Shown here: positions 15,264 through 28,710 of the stretch, one piece after another
Layout: each line of letters opens with the position of its first letter
How positions within the stretch are numbered: position 1 is the stretch's first letter
NCBI RefSeq assembly: GCF_009914755.1
Contig: NC_060947.1
Source: the human T2T-CHM13v2.0 reference genome, Homo sapiens
Length of the DNA: 64,000 bases
Reading direction: 5' to 3' (one strand)
Notes under the pieces: generated by a model
Databases searched by the model: none
What the model was told of the DNA's origin: nothing
What the model saw: the letters and a program-made list of their open reading frames with translations, nothing else
Program-made: the position numbers and the translations under genes

Positions 15264-15624
15264 TGTATTAGTACATTCTCACACCGCTATAAAGATACTA
15301 CCCAAGATTGGGTAATTTATGAAGGAAAGAGGCTTAATTGACTCACAGTTCTCCATGGCTGGGGAGGCCTCGGGAAATTTACAATCATGGCAGAAGGTGA
15401 ACGGGAAGCAAGGACCGTCTTCACATGGTAGCAAGAGAGAGAAGAGTGAGCAAGGGAAATGCCAGATGCTTATAAAACCATCAGATCTCATGAGAACTCA
15501 CTCACTATCATGAGAACAGTATGAGGGAAACCGCCCCCATGATCCAGTCACCTCCCTCCGTTGACATGTGGGGATTACAATTCCAGATGATATTTGGGTG
15601 GGGACACAGAGCCAATCCATATCA
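15264..15624 (-). mobile_element. THE1 (THE1D-like) MaLR solo LTR
   Basis: tgtattagt...ccatatca, typical THE1 body. Confidence 0.92.
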
Positions 15625-15655
15625 CATACCTGGAAGAATAGAAAACAAAAAGAGA

Positions 15656-15933
15656 GGCCGGGCGCAGTGGCTCACGCCTGTAATCCCAGCACTTTGGGAG
15701 GCCGAGGCGGGCGGATAACGAGGTCAGGAGATTGAGACCCTCCTGGCTAACATGGTGAAACCCCGTCTCTACTAAAAATACAAACAATTAGCTGGGCGTG
15801 GTTGCAGGCTCCTGTAGTCCCAGCTACTCTGGAGGCTGAGGCAGCAGAATGGCCTGAACCCGGGAGGCGGAGCTTGGAGTGAGCCGAGATGCGCCGCTGC
15901 ACTCCAGCCTGGGCGACAGAGTGAGACTCCGTT

Positions 15934-15971
<38 letters not shown>

Positions 15972-15975
15972 AAGA
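15656..15975 (+). mobile_element. AluY SINE
   Basis: Y diagnostics (ggctaac, gaatggc, ggagcttg), CpG-rich, A/(GAAAA)n tail. Confidence 0.95.
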
Positions 15976-18351
15976 AATGACATATTCCTGGATGGACCGC
16001 AGTGACTAGCATCACCACAGTGGACATTAAGGATGCAGGAGCAGTGATAATCAGCATATCTCTATTCAGGTCACCTACTTGGTATGTACAGAAAACAAAT
16101 TTTGGACGATTGCCATAGATTATCATACTCTTAACCTGGTGGTGGCTCCAACTGCAGCTGCTGTACCAATGTGAAAATCCACATATCCTCTGGTACCTGG
16201 TATGGAGCTGTTGATCTGGAAAATGTTTTTATCTCTTTACCTTTTAGTAAGAGCCATGAGAAGCAGCTTAATTTCAGCTTGTATGACCAACAATAAAACT
16301 TCACTGTCCTAACTCAGGGGGTATATTAGCTATTCTGTCTTATGTCATAATTTTTCAGAGATTTTGATCACCTTTTTCTTCTATAAGAAGTCACACTGGT
16401 CAAATACACTAGTATCATTATGCTGATTGGATCTATAGAACAAGAGGTAGCGATAATTCTAGAATAAATGGTAAGATATTGGTGAGAGAGTAGAAAATAA
16501 ATCTCAATACACATCAGAGACCTTTATCAGAGCGAAATAGCTATAGTACTGTGGTTGTGTCATGTAAATATATCCCTTATAAGCTGAAGAATAAGTTTTT
16601 GCATGAGACCCCTCCCACAACCAAAAAAGTTGCACAATGCTTAGTGAACCTTTTTGAATTTTAAAGGCAACATATTCCTCATTCGTGTATGCTATCTTGG
16701 CCTATTTATTGAGTAACCCAAAAAGCTGTCAGTTTTGAGTAGAGCTCAGAACAAGAGAAGACTCTGCAGCAGGTGCAGGATGCTGTGCATGCTGCTCTGT
16801 CACTTGAGCTATATGATGCAGCAAATAAAATGGAGCTTGAAATGTTCATGTCAGATAGGGATGCTGTTTGGAGCCTTTGGTAGGACCTTATAGATAAATC
16901 ACAGTGCAGGGCCTCAGGAATTTGTAGGAAACTCTGCTATTCTCTGCAGATAACTACTTTTCTTTTGAGAGACAGCCTTTGACTCACTATTGGGCCATGG
17001 CAAAGACTGAATGCTTAACCACAGGCCACCAAGTTACCATGTAACTGAAGCTGCCCATAACTAACTAGATAGTCTCTGAAATACCAAGCCATAAAGTTAA
17101 GGAAGTATAGCAGCACTTCATTATGAAATGAAAGCAATAACTCCAGATTGAGCTTCAGCAGGCTCTAAATGCAAAGATGTGTTATATGAAGCAGTGACCT
17201 AAATGCCTATGGTCCCCACTCCTGCAGCATTGCCTTCTCTCTCCCAATCTGCCCCTATGGCCTATTTGGAAGTTTCCTATGAAACTTCCTAAAATTTCCT
17301 AAAGAAATTCTCTAACCTAGCTTGTTTGATTTTAGGTTATAAGAACCCCATTCTAGAAAGAGTCCTGCTCCATGTATGGGAGGAAGGAATGTTGCACAGA
17401 GAGGCGATGAAGAAGCTGGACAGGCCTTTCTGGGTTTCATTCCTCAGTCTTTTAGTATTAGATAATATTCTTCTTGTCCAGTCGACACAGTTGTCATTTC
17501 TTTATTGAAACTAAGCATAAAATGAATAGCTTCTCCTGTGTGTTTTCTTCATTCTTATGCCTCCTGTGTCATGTAAACTAAGATCATATGATTGTGTTAT
17601 GCTTTCCTCTTGTTAACCTGTCTTTGTTATAGGGATGCTGGCCATGACCCTTATGACAAAAAGGAAAGGAATCATCCCCTTTCCACTTCTACAGCTCTGA
17701 TGATGATGATGAGATGGTTAGGAACCTGATTGCTCAGAAACCTGAAAATTATATTCTGATACAACTGACAAAAATACGGTAAAGAAAGGTAAGAAGTTCT
17801 ACCAGGGTCTGTTCTGGATCTCTGCCTGTAGTGCCCAGTTTAGAAGAGAAGGTATAATTGTCTCTTTATTCCTTCCTTTCCAAATTTAGATTAGCAGGAG
17901 AAAATCATTTGTTTGTATTGTGACTCTTCTGTACATTTAGTTTTGGGGTACCCATTTGTTATTGATCCATTCTCTTCCATGAACAGCTATTGCACTCCTA
18001 TTTGTCTCATTTTGTGTCCTAAGAACTTGTTTTGGCTTGTTGTTCCTCAGGAGCATGCAGATTGTTGGGTCTGTTGTGTCCAAGCAACCAATCAAAAGGT
18101 TGGTGGCCCTCATTAAAAGAATATGGCCCTACAGAATACGAGTTGTATTTCATTTTGAGCTAGCATATTGTCTACTGCCAGCTCTCAAGGAGTTAATTAA
18201 GCCTTTTCTTTTCTTTTAATTGTCTTTGGAAGTGGCTCTGGACCTTGTAAGGCCTGCTTCTTGCTCCTCTTTGGAGACACCTTGTGCATGCTTGGTTAAG
18301 ACATAAACATGTTACTGGTTCTGTATCTGACTCACTTTGTAGAAAACTTCA

Positions 18352-18678
<327 letters not shown>

Positions 18679-19719
18679 GGAAAACTAGTTTGAAAACCAG
18701 AAATATTAGATGTTTCTCCTAGCTGAAATCTGTTAAGAGATTTTAAAAATATTTTTTCAAAAAGATCTCTATGGTCAAAGGTCAGCTTAATTAAAAGCTG
18801 ATGTTCAGGTTATACTTTAAAAAAAAAAAAAGGCCTTTCTCTTTTTCTCTGGTTTTGAATTATATTTCTTCCATGGGAACTTCTAAGTCCACTGAACCCC
18901 TTATTCTTGAAGCTTTGCTAACTAGAACTTTATTGGCCTTTATAGAAAACTTGAAATTTCCCTAACCTGGCTCCTCTAAGACTAATTCAATATGTTTCTC
19001 CCCCTTTTTTCCTTTTGCTGGCTTTTTTCAGCCCATGCTTTCTCCATTTGGTGGTTAATGAATAAGAATTACTAAGGCAAAACCTTAGAGTTCTGGCTAC
19101 CATATGGAGGGAACTAAAGTAAGACTTGTAGCATCTTTGAGATCATTTGAGGAACACAAAATGGACACCACTAAACCCTTTTTAGAGATCCTCTCTTTCT
19201 CCTGGAGTCCCAAGTGTCATGGATGGGTTCCTCTAAAGTGTAAAGCTCTTTTGTCTTCTGCCTTGAGTTCCGTGATCTCTGGCTTTTGGGAGTACAAAGG
19301 GTTATTTTATAGTGTGAGAGAACACTAGAACTTTGAGTTTACAGTCATTAAAAAGTCACTGTCAAGAGCTGCAATTTTCAAGGTAACTGACAGTGGTGGC
19401 AAAAAATGGTTGTTACAGGGAAAATCTCTGGCTTCCTGTCCTCTTAGTTTCTTCACATGCTTAGATTAAAAAAAAACAGTCTCAGATGTCTGATCAAGTC
19501 AGATAGAAATTGGCAGTAAATAGCAATGATATCTGAATTTTCTCGTATGCTAATTTGTCTAATTATTTGTAAAATCCTGTATTACATTCCTATGATTTTT
19601 TTTGCTACCATTTTTTTAAATTATCCTGTGTCTCATCTGTCTCATCTAACTGAAACACTTGAACTTAATTCTCCCACTCACCTGGCCCTTTATCAGGGCT
19701 TTCCTAGAGAGTGGCTAGC

Positions 19720-19885
19720 TTTTTTTCTAAAATTTTTGTGGGTATATAGTAGGTGTACAGATTTATGGGGTACATGATATATTTTGATACAGGCATACAA
19801 TGTGAAATAAGCACATCTTGGAGAATGGGGTATCCATTCCCACAGCATTTATCCATTGAGTTGCAAACAATCCAATTACACTCTT
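19720..19885 (-). mobile_element. L1MA 3' end fragment
   Basis: tttttgtgggtatatagtaggtg...atggggtatccattccc; homologous to 10272-10540. Confidence 0.8.
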
Positions 19886-20723
19886 GATAAATCTGCCAGG
19901 CCAGGGCTGGAGTTTATAACCACCTTCCAGAGAAAAACCTGAAGACCAAATTAGAAAAAAATGCAACAAATTCACCCAGATGAATTTTGGAAACATTCAA
20001 ACCTAAAATCTAGTCCACAGCCTACATACATTTATTTTAATAGTAGACGATATATCTTACAGTCTTTTTTGAAGATAAAATTAAAAAAAAAACTAATGCA
20101 AATGCATCTTAGTTTAAGTGATCTGAGATAACCTTTGGTAAATAAAGCTAGATTTAAAACTCTGAACTAAAAGTAAAAATGTCTTCAGAAGTGTCAGAAT
20201 TTATTATTATACAAGCATACTTTTTTAAACCTAGAGTTCCTATTCAAGCAAGCTTGTTACCTCCTGGATATTTAAAGGAGAGGAAAAAACCAGGTTTAAA
20301 TTTTAGCTTTTCGTTATCTCTGCTTTTATAATATTGTTGATGCATTCTTGATTTGTCTGAGGAGGAGGAACCTGAGGAGGCCGGATGCTGGGCTCCCAGA
20401 AAACATACATCTTGTTGTGAGCTTATGTACTTAATTTTGAGCCTCTGTATTCTGGGATCTAGACAGATCGCCATTGTAAATCCTGGGGACGTGAGTGTGC
20501 TTAAAGCACCTGGGCCACCAGCTGCAGGGCAGAATCTAGCCCGGTATGACCACATCCTGCCTCCAGTGATTCACATGCATGAGTTAGGATGAGACTGGCT
20601 GATTTAGAGTTAACTTTGCTTTGCTTTTTCAAAAGAAAATAACTTTTAAAAAGCTACCTCTGTGTTCTATGAGCAATTAAAATATAATTGTTAAAAATAA
20701 GGAATTTATTTTATTTTTTTTTT

Positions 20724-21890
20724 CAAGATGGCACATTAGAAGCATTGCTAGCATACCTCTCTCAATTGAAAGGACAAAGTAGTGCATAGAGAATCATACT
20801 GTGAACGTTTTCAAGAAGCAATGCAGGTACTGAACAGGAACTCAAGGACCTTTTGAAAGGTCTGTAGATACCACCTTACTCCTGCGGGAACGCTCATTAT
20901 TAAATAGCAAAAAAAAAAAAAAAAAAAAAAAAACCATCTGTATTGGCGTGGATGTAGGGGAAAGGGAATGCTTATACATTGCTGGTGGGAATGTAAATTA
21001 GAACAAGCTCTATGGAAAACAATATGAAGATTCCCTAAAGAGCTAAAACTAGACCTACTATACAACTGAGCAATCTCACAACTGGGTATCTACCCAAGGG
21101 AAAAAAAGTCATTATATGAAAAAGAAACTTGCACATGTATGTTTATAACAGCACAGTTTACAATTGCAAAGATGTGGAACCAACCTAAGTGCCCATTGAC
21201 TAATGAGTGGATGAAGAAAATGTGGTATATATACTTAGATTCCTACTTAGCCATTAAAAGGAAGAGAATAATGTCCTTTGCAGCAACTTCGATGGAGCTG
21301 GAGGCCATTATTCTAAGTGAAGTAACACGGGGGTGGTAAGCCGAAAACTATATGTTCTCACTCATAATTGGGAGCTAAGCTATCAATAATGCAAAGGCAT
21401 ACAGAGTGATATAATGGACTTTAGAGACTCAGAAGGGGGAGGGTAGGAGGGGAGCTAGGGATAAAAACACTACACATTAGTTACAATGTGCACTACTTGA
21501 GTTATGGGTGCACCAAAATCTTAGAATTCACCACTGTAGGGAACTGAACAATGAGAACACTTGGACACAGGGTGGGGAACAGCACACACCAGGGCCTGTA
21601 ATGGGGTTGGGGGAGGGGGGAGGGATAGCATTAGGAGATATACCTAATGTAAATGATGAGTTAACAGGTACATGTATACATATGGCACATGGCACATGTA
21701 TACATATGTAACAAACCTGGCACACATATACATGGCACATGTATACACATGTAACAAACCTGCACATTGTGCACATGTACCATAGAACTTAAAGCGTAAT
21801 AAAAAAAAGAATTTACCACTGTATAATTCATCCATGTAACAGAAGACCACTTGTACCCCAAAATATATTAAAATAAAATGAAAATTAACA
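20724..21890 (+). mobile_element. L1PB-like LINE: 5' end joined directly to the 3' end
   Basis: caagatggc 5' terminus homologous to the 5' end of the L1 at 40080-40232, then agataccaccttactcctgc and L1PB 3' UTR. Confidence 0.8.
21539..21807 (+). mobile_element. L1PA 3' end inserted in the L1PB 3' UTR
   Basis: gggatagcattaggagatatacctaatg; 16-bp TSD agaattcaccactgta (21523) / agaatttaccactgta (21808). Confidence 0.92.
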
Positions 21891-22680
21891 AAACAAATTG
21901 TACCAGGCAAACAATAAAAAAAAGCAAATATAAACAAACATTTATATATTTATAAGTGAAATTTGTCAGTTTCAAGAATCTTTTCAGTTATTTAAAATCT
22001 AAAAGTCATGTTATGTTACATTAAGTAGTAGATAATCATAAAATATCTGAGGAACTATTTTGTTTGTTTGTTTTTGGTTTCCACAGAAATTCATCTTAAT
22101 AAATATTTAATTACTGAAATCATGTAGCGGTCTGACTTGTCTGGAAGCTCATCTACAACAACACTTCCTGAAATGAGACATAACTGTTAACTGTTTAATT
22201 GGACTGGCCTATTTGGAGATTAAGAGGCAGAGACAATGGCTTATGAGACAACCCACCAACCCAATTTCTAGACTTCGAATCTTTTTGTGGAAGTTTCAGA
22301 TTGGAGAACATTGAGGCTCATAAAACAATACCCCCGAATTAAGATCTCAGAAGCATAGGTTTTCTCTGTCCGTCTCCTGCACTCCTGTCTGTTACCCCCT
22401 CATTTTCCCCCAAGGGAAGCCATAGAAACTAAAATCCCTTTTCTCCAAGATGGGTCATAGAAACTAGAACTCCTTTTCCACATGAGACAGTTAACACTGT
22501 GTTTCCTTTCTGGAAGAGATGTTGTAGATGGGCTTCCACAAAAGTAAGTCCTCTATATGATTTCAGCATTCAAATATTTAATGAGGCATTTCTATGGAAA
22601 TATAATAAACAAAGATAAATTAGGTAATAGTCATAAAACCTAAAAATGATTACCCTAACTTTCCTCTTCTTTCTGTGAAA

Positions 22681-23408
22681 GTATTTAGGGGTGGCAAATA
22701 TCCAAGTCTCCCAACACCAGATATGTTACTGGTGGCAAATATCTGAGTCTCATGGCACCAAATATGTTAGGGGTGGAAGGTATTGGAGTTAAGGGTGGTG
22801 AATCCGTACAGGTGTGCAGCAACCTCAATTCTTGCCTCCTCAGAAGAAAGAATTCAACTGAGAGGCATAAGGCAGAAAAAGAGACCAAGGCAAGTTTCAG
22901 AGCAGTAGTGGAATTTTATTTAAAAAGGCTTTTGAACAGGAAAGAAAGGAAAGTACGCTTGGAATAGACATAAGAGGGCATGTGAAGGTCAAGTGCCATC
23001 TTTAACCCTGATTCTAGAACTTTATAGACTGGCCCCTTTCCCGTGATTCTTCCCTTAGAGTGGGCTTCCTGTACATGCAGTACCCTTCTTACCCTTAGGA
23101 GGTGAGTACACGCAGTATTTTTAGGAAGTTGTATGCGTGCTCATCTGAGACTTTCTTCCCTTTTCTGGTGGAGCGTCCTCGGAAGGTCATACTCTGCCAT
23201 TTTGTCTCTTAATGCACATGCCCAGGAAGTTGCATCTCTCTGGCACCTACAATTAACACTTTAGTGCAACAGGTGTGGACCATAAAAAAAATGACCTCTC
23301 CCTGACACCGGCTGTCAATTTATCACTTTTACAATGTGATAATTGCTGAACAATTACCCAACATTCCTAATGGGTGGAGAAAGAGCCCTCTCCTGGACCA
23401 CTCCTCCT
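22681..23408 (-). mobile_element. MER50-like ERV1 LTR inside the MER39 3' LTR
   Basis: Homologous to 30427-31200 (aagaaagaattc..ctgag..gcataaggcagaaaaagagac). Confidence 0.8.
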
Positions 23409-23955
23409 AACTGCCATAAAGAACTTATCTGACCTACTTTGTTTGATAGTAGGTCATAAGACCCCCTTTTAAAAGAGGGTCCTTACCTATATCCAGAGGG
23501 AAGAAATGCTGCACAGAGAGGCTAGGACAAATACGAACAGACGGGCTTTGCTGTTTCCCGACTCAGTCTATTAGCATTAGCTATTATACTCTCTTTTCAG
23601 TCATGGCTCTGCACAGTTGACCATTTTTTATTAAACCTAAGCATAATAATGGACACCTTCACCCATATCTTTGGGTCTTTATTCTGAAGGTTCTCGTGTA
23701 ACATAAAACTGTGATTCAATATAATTATTTTGCTTCTCTCTTGTTAAACTGTCTTTGTTTTAAGGGTGTCAGCTGTGACCCTTATGGGGAGGAAAGAAAT
23801 CACCCATTTTGCACCCCCACAGGAAATTAGTTAACATATTATTTATTAATTTTTTGCTAAAATATATCTTATCAAATAACAGCTAGAGTGCAATTTAGCA
23901 GAAATGATGTTGGCATTACACAAATATAGAACATTTTTTATACACCTCTATATTT

Positions 23956-24565
23956 TGTGGGCTCAGAAACTGATATCCCAGAATATGGTGTTTTAATGTG
24001 CTGAACTTAAGAAGCCTCAAGTCTCGCTGACCTCTTCTCCACCACAGCCTCTCCCAAAGCATGGGACAAAGTTGTTATTTGAAGCTCCTCTATCGGCCCA
24101 AAGTCCAGACCCACCAGGGAGAACAATTGTTGTTGTTTTTCTCTTCCCTATTATATAATTATTTATTGCCGAAAAGAAGACCAAGAATTTAACCACACAA
24201 GAACAGACTCTTATATAAGATAATGTCTGTCTCTCAAATGTATTCAAATTCCAAAGAGAACTATTTACCAGTTAATCTGTTCCCCATCCATTTATTCTTC
24301 CTGTTATTCAATTATTGCCCCTCACCATAATTCTTCTTCCTCCCTTTCAAAATCTGTTTTGCCAGGATCTGAGTCCCATTCTTTCTGTAACATCAAGCTG
24401 GTGTATAAGCTTCTTTGCCTTATTGGGGGGTTGGATCTTTGTTTCCTGTATAAACATTGAATAAATTTGTATGCCTTTTCTCTTATTAATCAACGTGTCT
24501 CATGTCAGTGATTTTCAGCAAACCTTAAGAGGGCAAAGAGGAATTGTCCCCTTGGCTACCCTACA
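23956..24565 (+). mobile_element. MER34/MER39-group solo LTR
   Basis: TG...CA ends, AATAAA followed by tttgtatgccttttctc; similar to 52672-53282. Confidence 0.78.
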
Positions 24566-25200
24566 ATATCTATTACCTGTATCTTTCTTAAAATTGTATG
24601 TTAGCCATTTTTACTGCTTTTGAAAATGTTTTTTAAAAGAGAAAATAGTGTTTTGCAAAAGTTAGCAGACAATTTTATTGAAGTCCCTAGTGTCTAATTT
24701 TTAAGTGATTATTTGCATAACATATATTTTATCAAATGTGTTGCATTATGTTAATGGCATTTTGATTGTTAGTATTAATTTATGTGATAAATATTTCCTA
24801 CATTAAAAAATTTAATACCAATAAATAAATTGCCTTCTTTCATTCAGAGCACATATGGCTCTTTCAATGGGGCAAAGAGGTATCCAACTGCTACTGACTT
24901 TAAGCAGATCAAAAATTCTTTTCAGGTTGAGCAGGACACAAATTAGTCACAATCAATCACATTATCTGTTCTCTTACACCTTCCAATTCCACTCTGAATA
25001 GTATCCACAGGAAAGAATTAGTAGGAAATTAAATTATAATCATGTATTCTGGAGAATGCATAGAAAGTATTAAAGGACTGTGTAGAAGAAATTTGAATAG
25101 AACATAAAGGCATTAGATTCGTGTGAAAAGAACACAGCAGCATATGTGCCTTGTGATATAATGTCAGACAAATTTCTTTCATATAATTAGCGAACCCTGG

Positions 25201-25545
25201 TGTTGCAGAACTTTGCTTCTTAGTTCAGCTAAAACCAAGTTCTTGTGACACGACCAGGAAGTTAGGCATGCAGGCACATTGAAGGGTGAGGGGAATGGAA
25301 TTTATTGGGCAAAAAGGAAAAAAAAAAAAAAACAAAAGACCTCTCAACAAAGCGAGAGGAGTTCCTGCTAACAGGCTGCCACCTCACAGGTTGATTTTAG
25401 GCCACACACAGTAACTGAAGAAGCCAGGCTCCTCCCCTGTGTAAACAGCACAAACTTCCCATGGCTCCACCCTGTTCTCCCAGTGCACAGGCCGGTAGGA
25501 GATTGTCGGGAGACCCTCTCCCTTATCTGCTTCCTGCATCTATCA
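25201..25545 (-). mobile_element. ERV1 solo LTR, MER61-like
   Basis: TG...CA ends, perfect TSD CTGG; reverse homology to 2437-2772. Confidence 0.85.
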
Positions 25546-25706
25546 CTGGCTTACTATGTACATGAATATAAGACAGAAATTTTAATGTAACAACTATGAA
25601 GCAAAAAAAAAATAAATTACACAGTTTTACAGCCTGTTAATGAAATTCCATTTTCATTGTTATGGGTGGTGTGCATTTTTAGAATTATAATATTTAATAG
25701 CATAGG

Positions 25707-27994
25707 TGTATTAGTCCATTTTCACGCTGATCATAAAGATATACCCAAGACTGGGCAATTTACAAAAGAAAGAGATTTAACACACTTACAGTTCCACTTG
25801 GCTAGGGAGGCCTCACAATCACAACAGAAGATGAAAGATATGTCTGACAAGGAGGCAGACAAGAAAAGAGCACTTGTGCGGGGAAATCCCCGTTTTTAAA
25901 ACCATCAGATCTCATGAGACTTATTCACCATCATGAGAACAGCATGGGAAAGAACCACCCCCGTGATTGAATCACATCCCACCAGGTCCATATCACAATA
26001 TGTGGAAATTCAAGATGAGATTTGAATGGCGACACAGCCAAACCGTATCATTCCACCCCAGCCTCTCCCAAATCTCATGTCCTCACATTTCAAAACCAAT
26101 CATGCCTTCCCAACAGTCCCCCAAGTCTTAACTCATTTTAGCATTAACTCAAAGGTCCACAGTCCAACATCTCATCTGAGACAAAGCAAGTCCTTTCTGC
26201 CCATGAGCCTGTAAAATCAAAAGCAAGTTAGTTACTTCCTAGATACAATGTGGGTATAGGGATTGGGTAAATACAGCCATTCCAAATGGCAGAAATTGGC
26301 CAAAACAAAGGGGCTACAGACCCCATGCAAGTCGGAAATCCAGCAGGGCAGTCAAACCTTAAAGCTCCAAAATGATCTCCTTTGACTCTATGTCTCACAC
26401 CCAGGTCACGCTGATGCAAGTGGTGGGTTCCCGAGGTCTTGGGTAGCTCCACCCCTGTGGCTTTGTAGGGTACAGCCTCCTTTCTGGCTGCTTTCACAGG
26501 TTGGCATTGAGTGTCTGTGGCTTTTACAGGCGCACGGTGCAAACTGTCAGTGGATCTATCATTCTGGGTTTTGGAGGACGGTGGCCCTCTTCTCACAGCT
26601 CCAGTAGGTGGTGTCTCAGTAGAAACTCTATGTGGGGGCTCAGACCCCACATTTTCTTTCCTCACTGCCCCAGCAGAGGTTCTCTATGAGAGTCCTGCCC
26701 CTGCAGAAAACTTCTGCCTGGGCATCCAGGCATTTCCATTCATCTTCTGAAATCTAGGCAGAGGTTCCCAAACCTCAATTCTTGACTTCTGTGCATTTGC
26801 ACACTCAACACCATGTGGAAGCTGCCAAGGCTTTGGAATTGCGTCCTCTGAAGCCACGGCCTGAGCTATATGTTGGCCCCTTTCGGCCACAGCTGGAGTG
26901 GCTGGGATGCAGGGAACTAAGTCCCTAGGCTGCACACAGCACAGGGACCCTTGGCTCAGCTCGCAAAACTGCTTTTTCCTCCTAGACCTCTAGGCTTGTT
27001 ATGGGTGGGGCTGTCATGAAGACCTCTGACATGCCCTGGAGACATTTTCCCAGTTGTCTTGGGGAATAACATTAGGCTCTTTGTTACTGATGCAAAGTTC
27101 TGCGGCCGGCTTGGATTTCTCCTCAGAAAATGGGATTTTATTTTCTATCGCATTGTCAGGCTGCAAATTTTCTGAACTTTTATGCTCTGCTTCCTTTTTA
27201 AAACTGAATGATTTTAACAGCGCCCAAGTCACCTCTTAAATGCTTTGCTGCTTAGAAATTTCTTCCGCCAGATACCCTAAATAATCTCTCTCAATGTTCC
27301 ACAAATCTCCAGGGCAGTGGCAAAACTCTTGCTAAACCATAACAAGAGTCGCCTTTGCTCCAGTTCCCAAAAAATTTCTCATCTCCCTCTGAGACCACCT
27401 CAGACTGGATTTCATTGTCCATATTTTCAGGATTTTGGTCAAAGCTATTCAACAAGTCTCTAGGGAGTTCCAAACTTTCCCACAATTTCCTGTCTTCTTC
27501 TGAGCCCTCCAAACTGTTCCAACCTCTGCCTGTTACCCAGTTCCAAAGTCGTTTCCACCTTTCCCAGTATCTTTTCAGCAGCACTCCACTCTACTGGTAC
27601 CAATTTACTGTATTATTCCATTTTCGCACTGCCGATAAAGACATATCGCACTGCTGATAAAGACATACCTGAGACTGGGCAATTTACAGAAAAAAAAGAG
27701 AGAGAGAGAGAGAGAGAGATTTAATGGACTTACAGTTCCACGTGGCTTGGGAGGCCTCATGATCATGACAGAAGGTAAAAGGCACATCTCACATGGTGGC
27801 AGCCAAGAGAATAGAGCCTGTGCAGGGAAACTCCCCTTTTTAAAATCATCAGGTCTTGTGAAACTTATTCACCATCAAGAGAACAGCATGGGAAAGACCC
27901 ACCCTTATGATTCAATCACCTCCCACTGGGTCCCTCCCACAACACATGGGAATTCAAGATGAGATTTGGTTGGGGACACAGCCAAACCTTATCA
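25707..27994 (-). mobile_element. Full THE1 (THE1B-like) MaLR: LTRs 25707-26050 and 27609-27994 plus internal region
   Basis: Two LTRs, THE1-int peptide LWNWVTGRGWNSLEGSEEDRK, TSD atagg/ataga. Confidence 0.95.
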
Positions 27995-28349
27995 ATAGAA
28001 AAGTTTAAATTTTTCTCCTGAAGGTTCAATTATTTGAGTCTATAAAACCAACTAATAGACAATATTGGGATGCAGAAAATGAATACAAAAAATATGGTGC
28101 TTGGGCCTGCTTTGTGCTTTTGAAAATGAAAAGACCTCAGAAATAAGCCTCAGAATCAAGGTCCCTCTAACCTTGTTGCATTCCTCCCACTCCTCAAGAA
28201 GCATTTTCTTTTTCTGAGACAGGGTCTCACTTTGTCACCCAGGCTGCCCTGCAGTAGCACTATCATAGCTCACTATTGTCTCAACTTCCCAGGCTCAAGC
28301 CATCCTCTCACCTCAGCCTCCTGAGTAGCTGAGACCACAGCTGCATGCC

Positions 28350-28703
28350 TGTATTAGTCCGTTTTCACACTGCTGATAAAGACGCACCTGAGACTGGGCA
28401 ATTTACAAAAGAAAGAAGTTTAATGGACTTACAGTTCTACGTGGCTGGGGAAGCCTCACAATCATGATGGAAGGCAAGAAAGAGCAAGTCATATCTTACA
28501 TGGATGGCAGCAAGCAAAGAGACAGCTTGTGCCGAGAAAGTCCCCCTTATAAAACTATCAGATCTCATGAGATTTATTGGCTATCACAAGAACAGCAGGG
28601 GAAAGACCTGCCTCCATGATTTAATTATCTCCCTCCAGGTCCCTCCCACAACACGTGGGAATTCAAGATGAGATTTTGGTGGGGACACAGCCATATCATA
28701 TCA
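28350..28703 (-). mobile_element. THE1 solo LTR inserted in AluJ
   Basis: tgtattagtcc...catatca, TSD atgcc/atgtc. Confidence 0.93.
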
Positions 28704-28710
28704 ATGTCAC

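Larger units (their letters stand above)
13296..17280 (+). mobile_element. ERVL internal 5' part (gag-pro-RT-tether), defective
   Basis: HERVL-like nucleotide motifs (atagactagactcaagtcccag-like, ctggctctgaactgacact, ctggtacctggtatggagctgttgatctgg); many stops. Confidence 0.8.

Noticed and set aside
20244-20592. GC-richer ORFs with an EEEEPEE motif
   Set aside because: Lie within MER4-group internal sequence
21603-21624. G-quadruplex-forming run
   Set aside because: Ordinary L1PA 3' UTR G-tract
26228-27657. Cluster of 60-145 aa ORFs (repeated at 62786-63998)
   Set aside because: THE1 internal sequence; decayed MaLR ORF
27625-27668. 22-bp tandem duplication in a THE1 LTR
   Set aside because: Simple slippage event with no further implication
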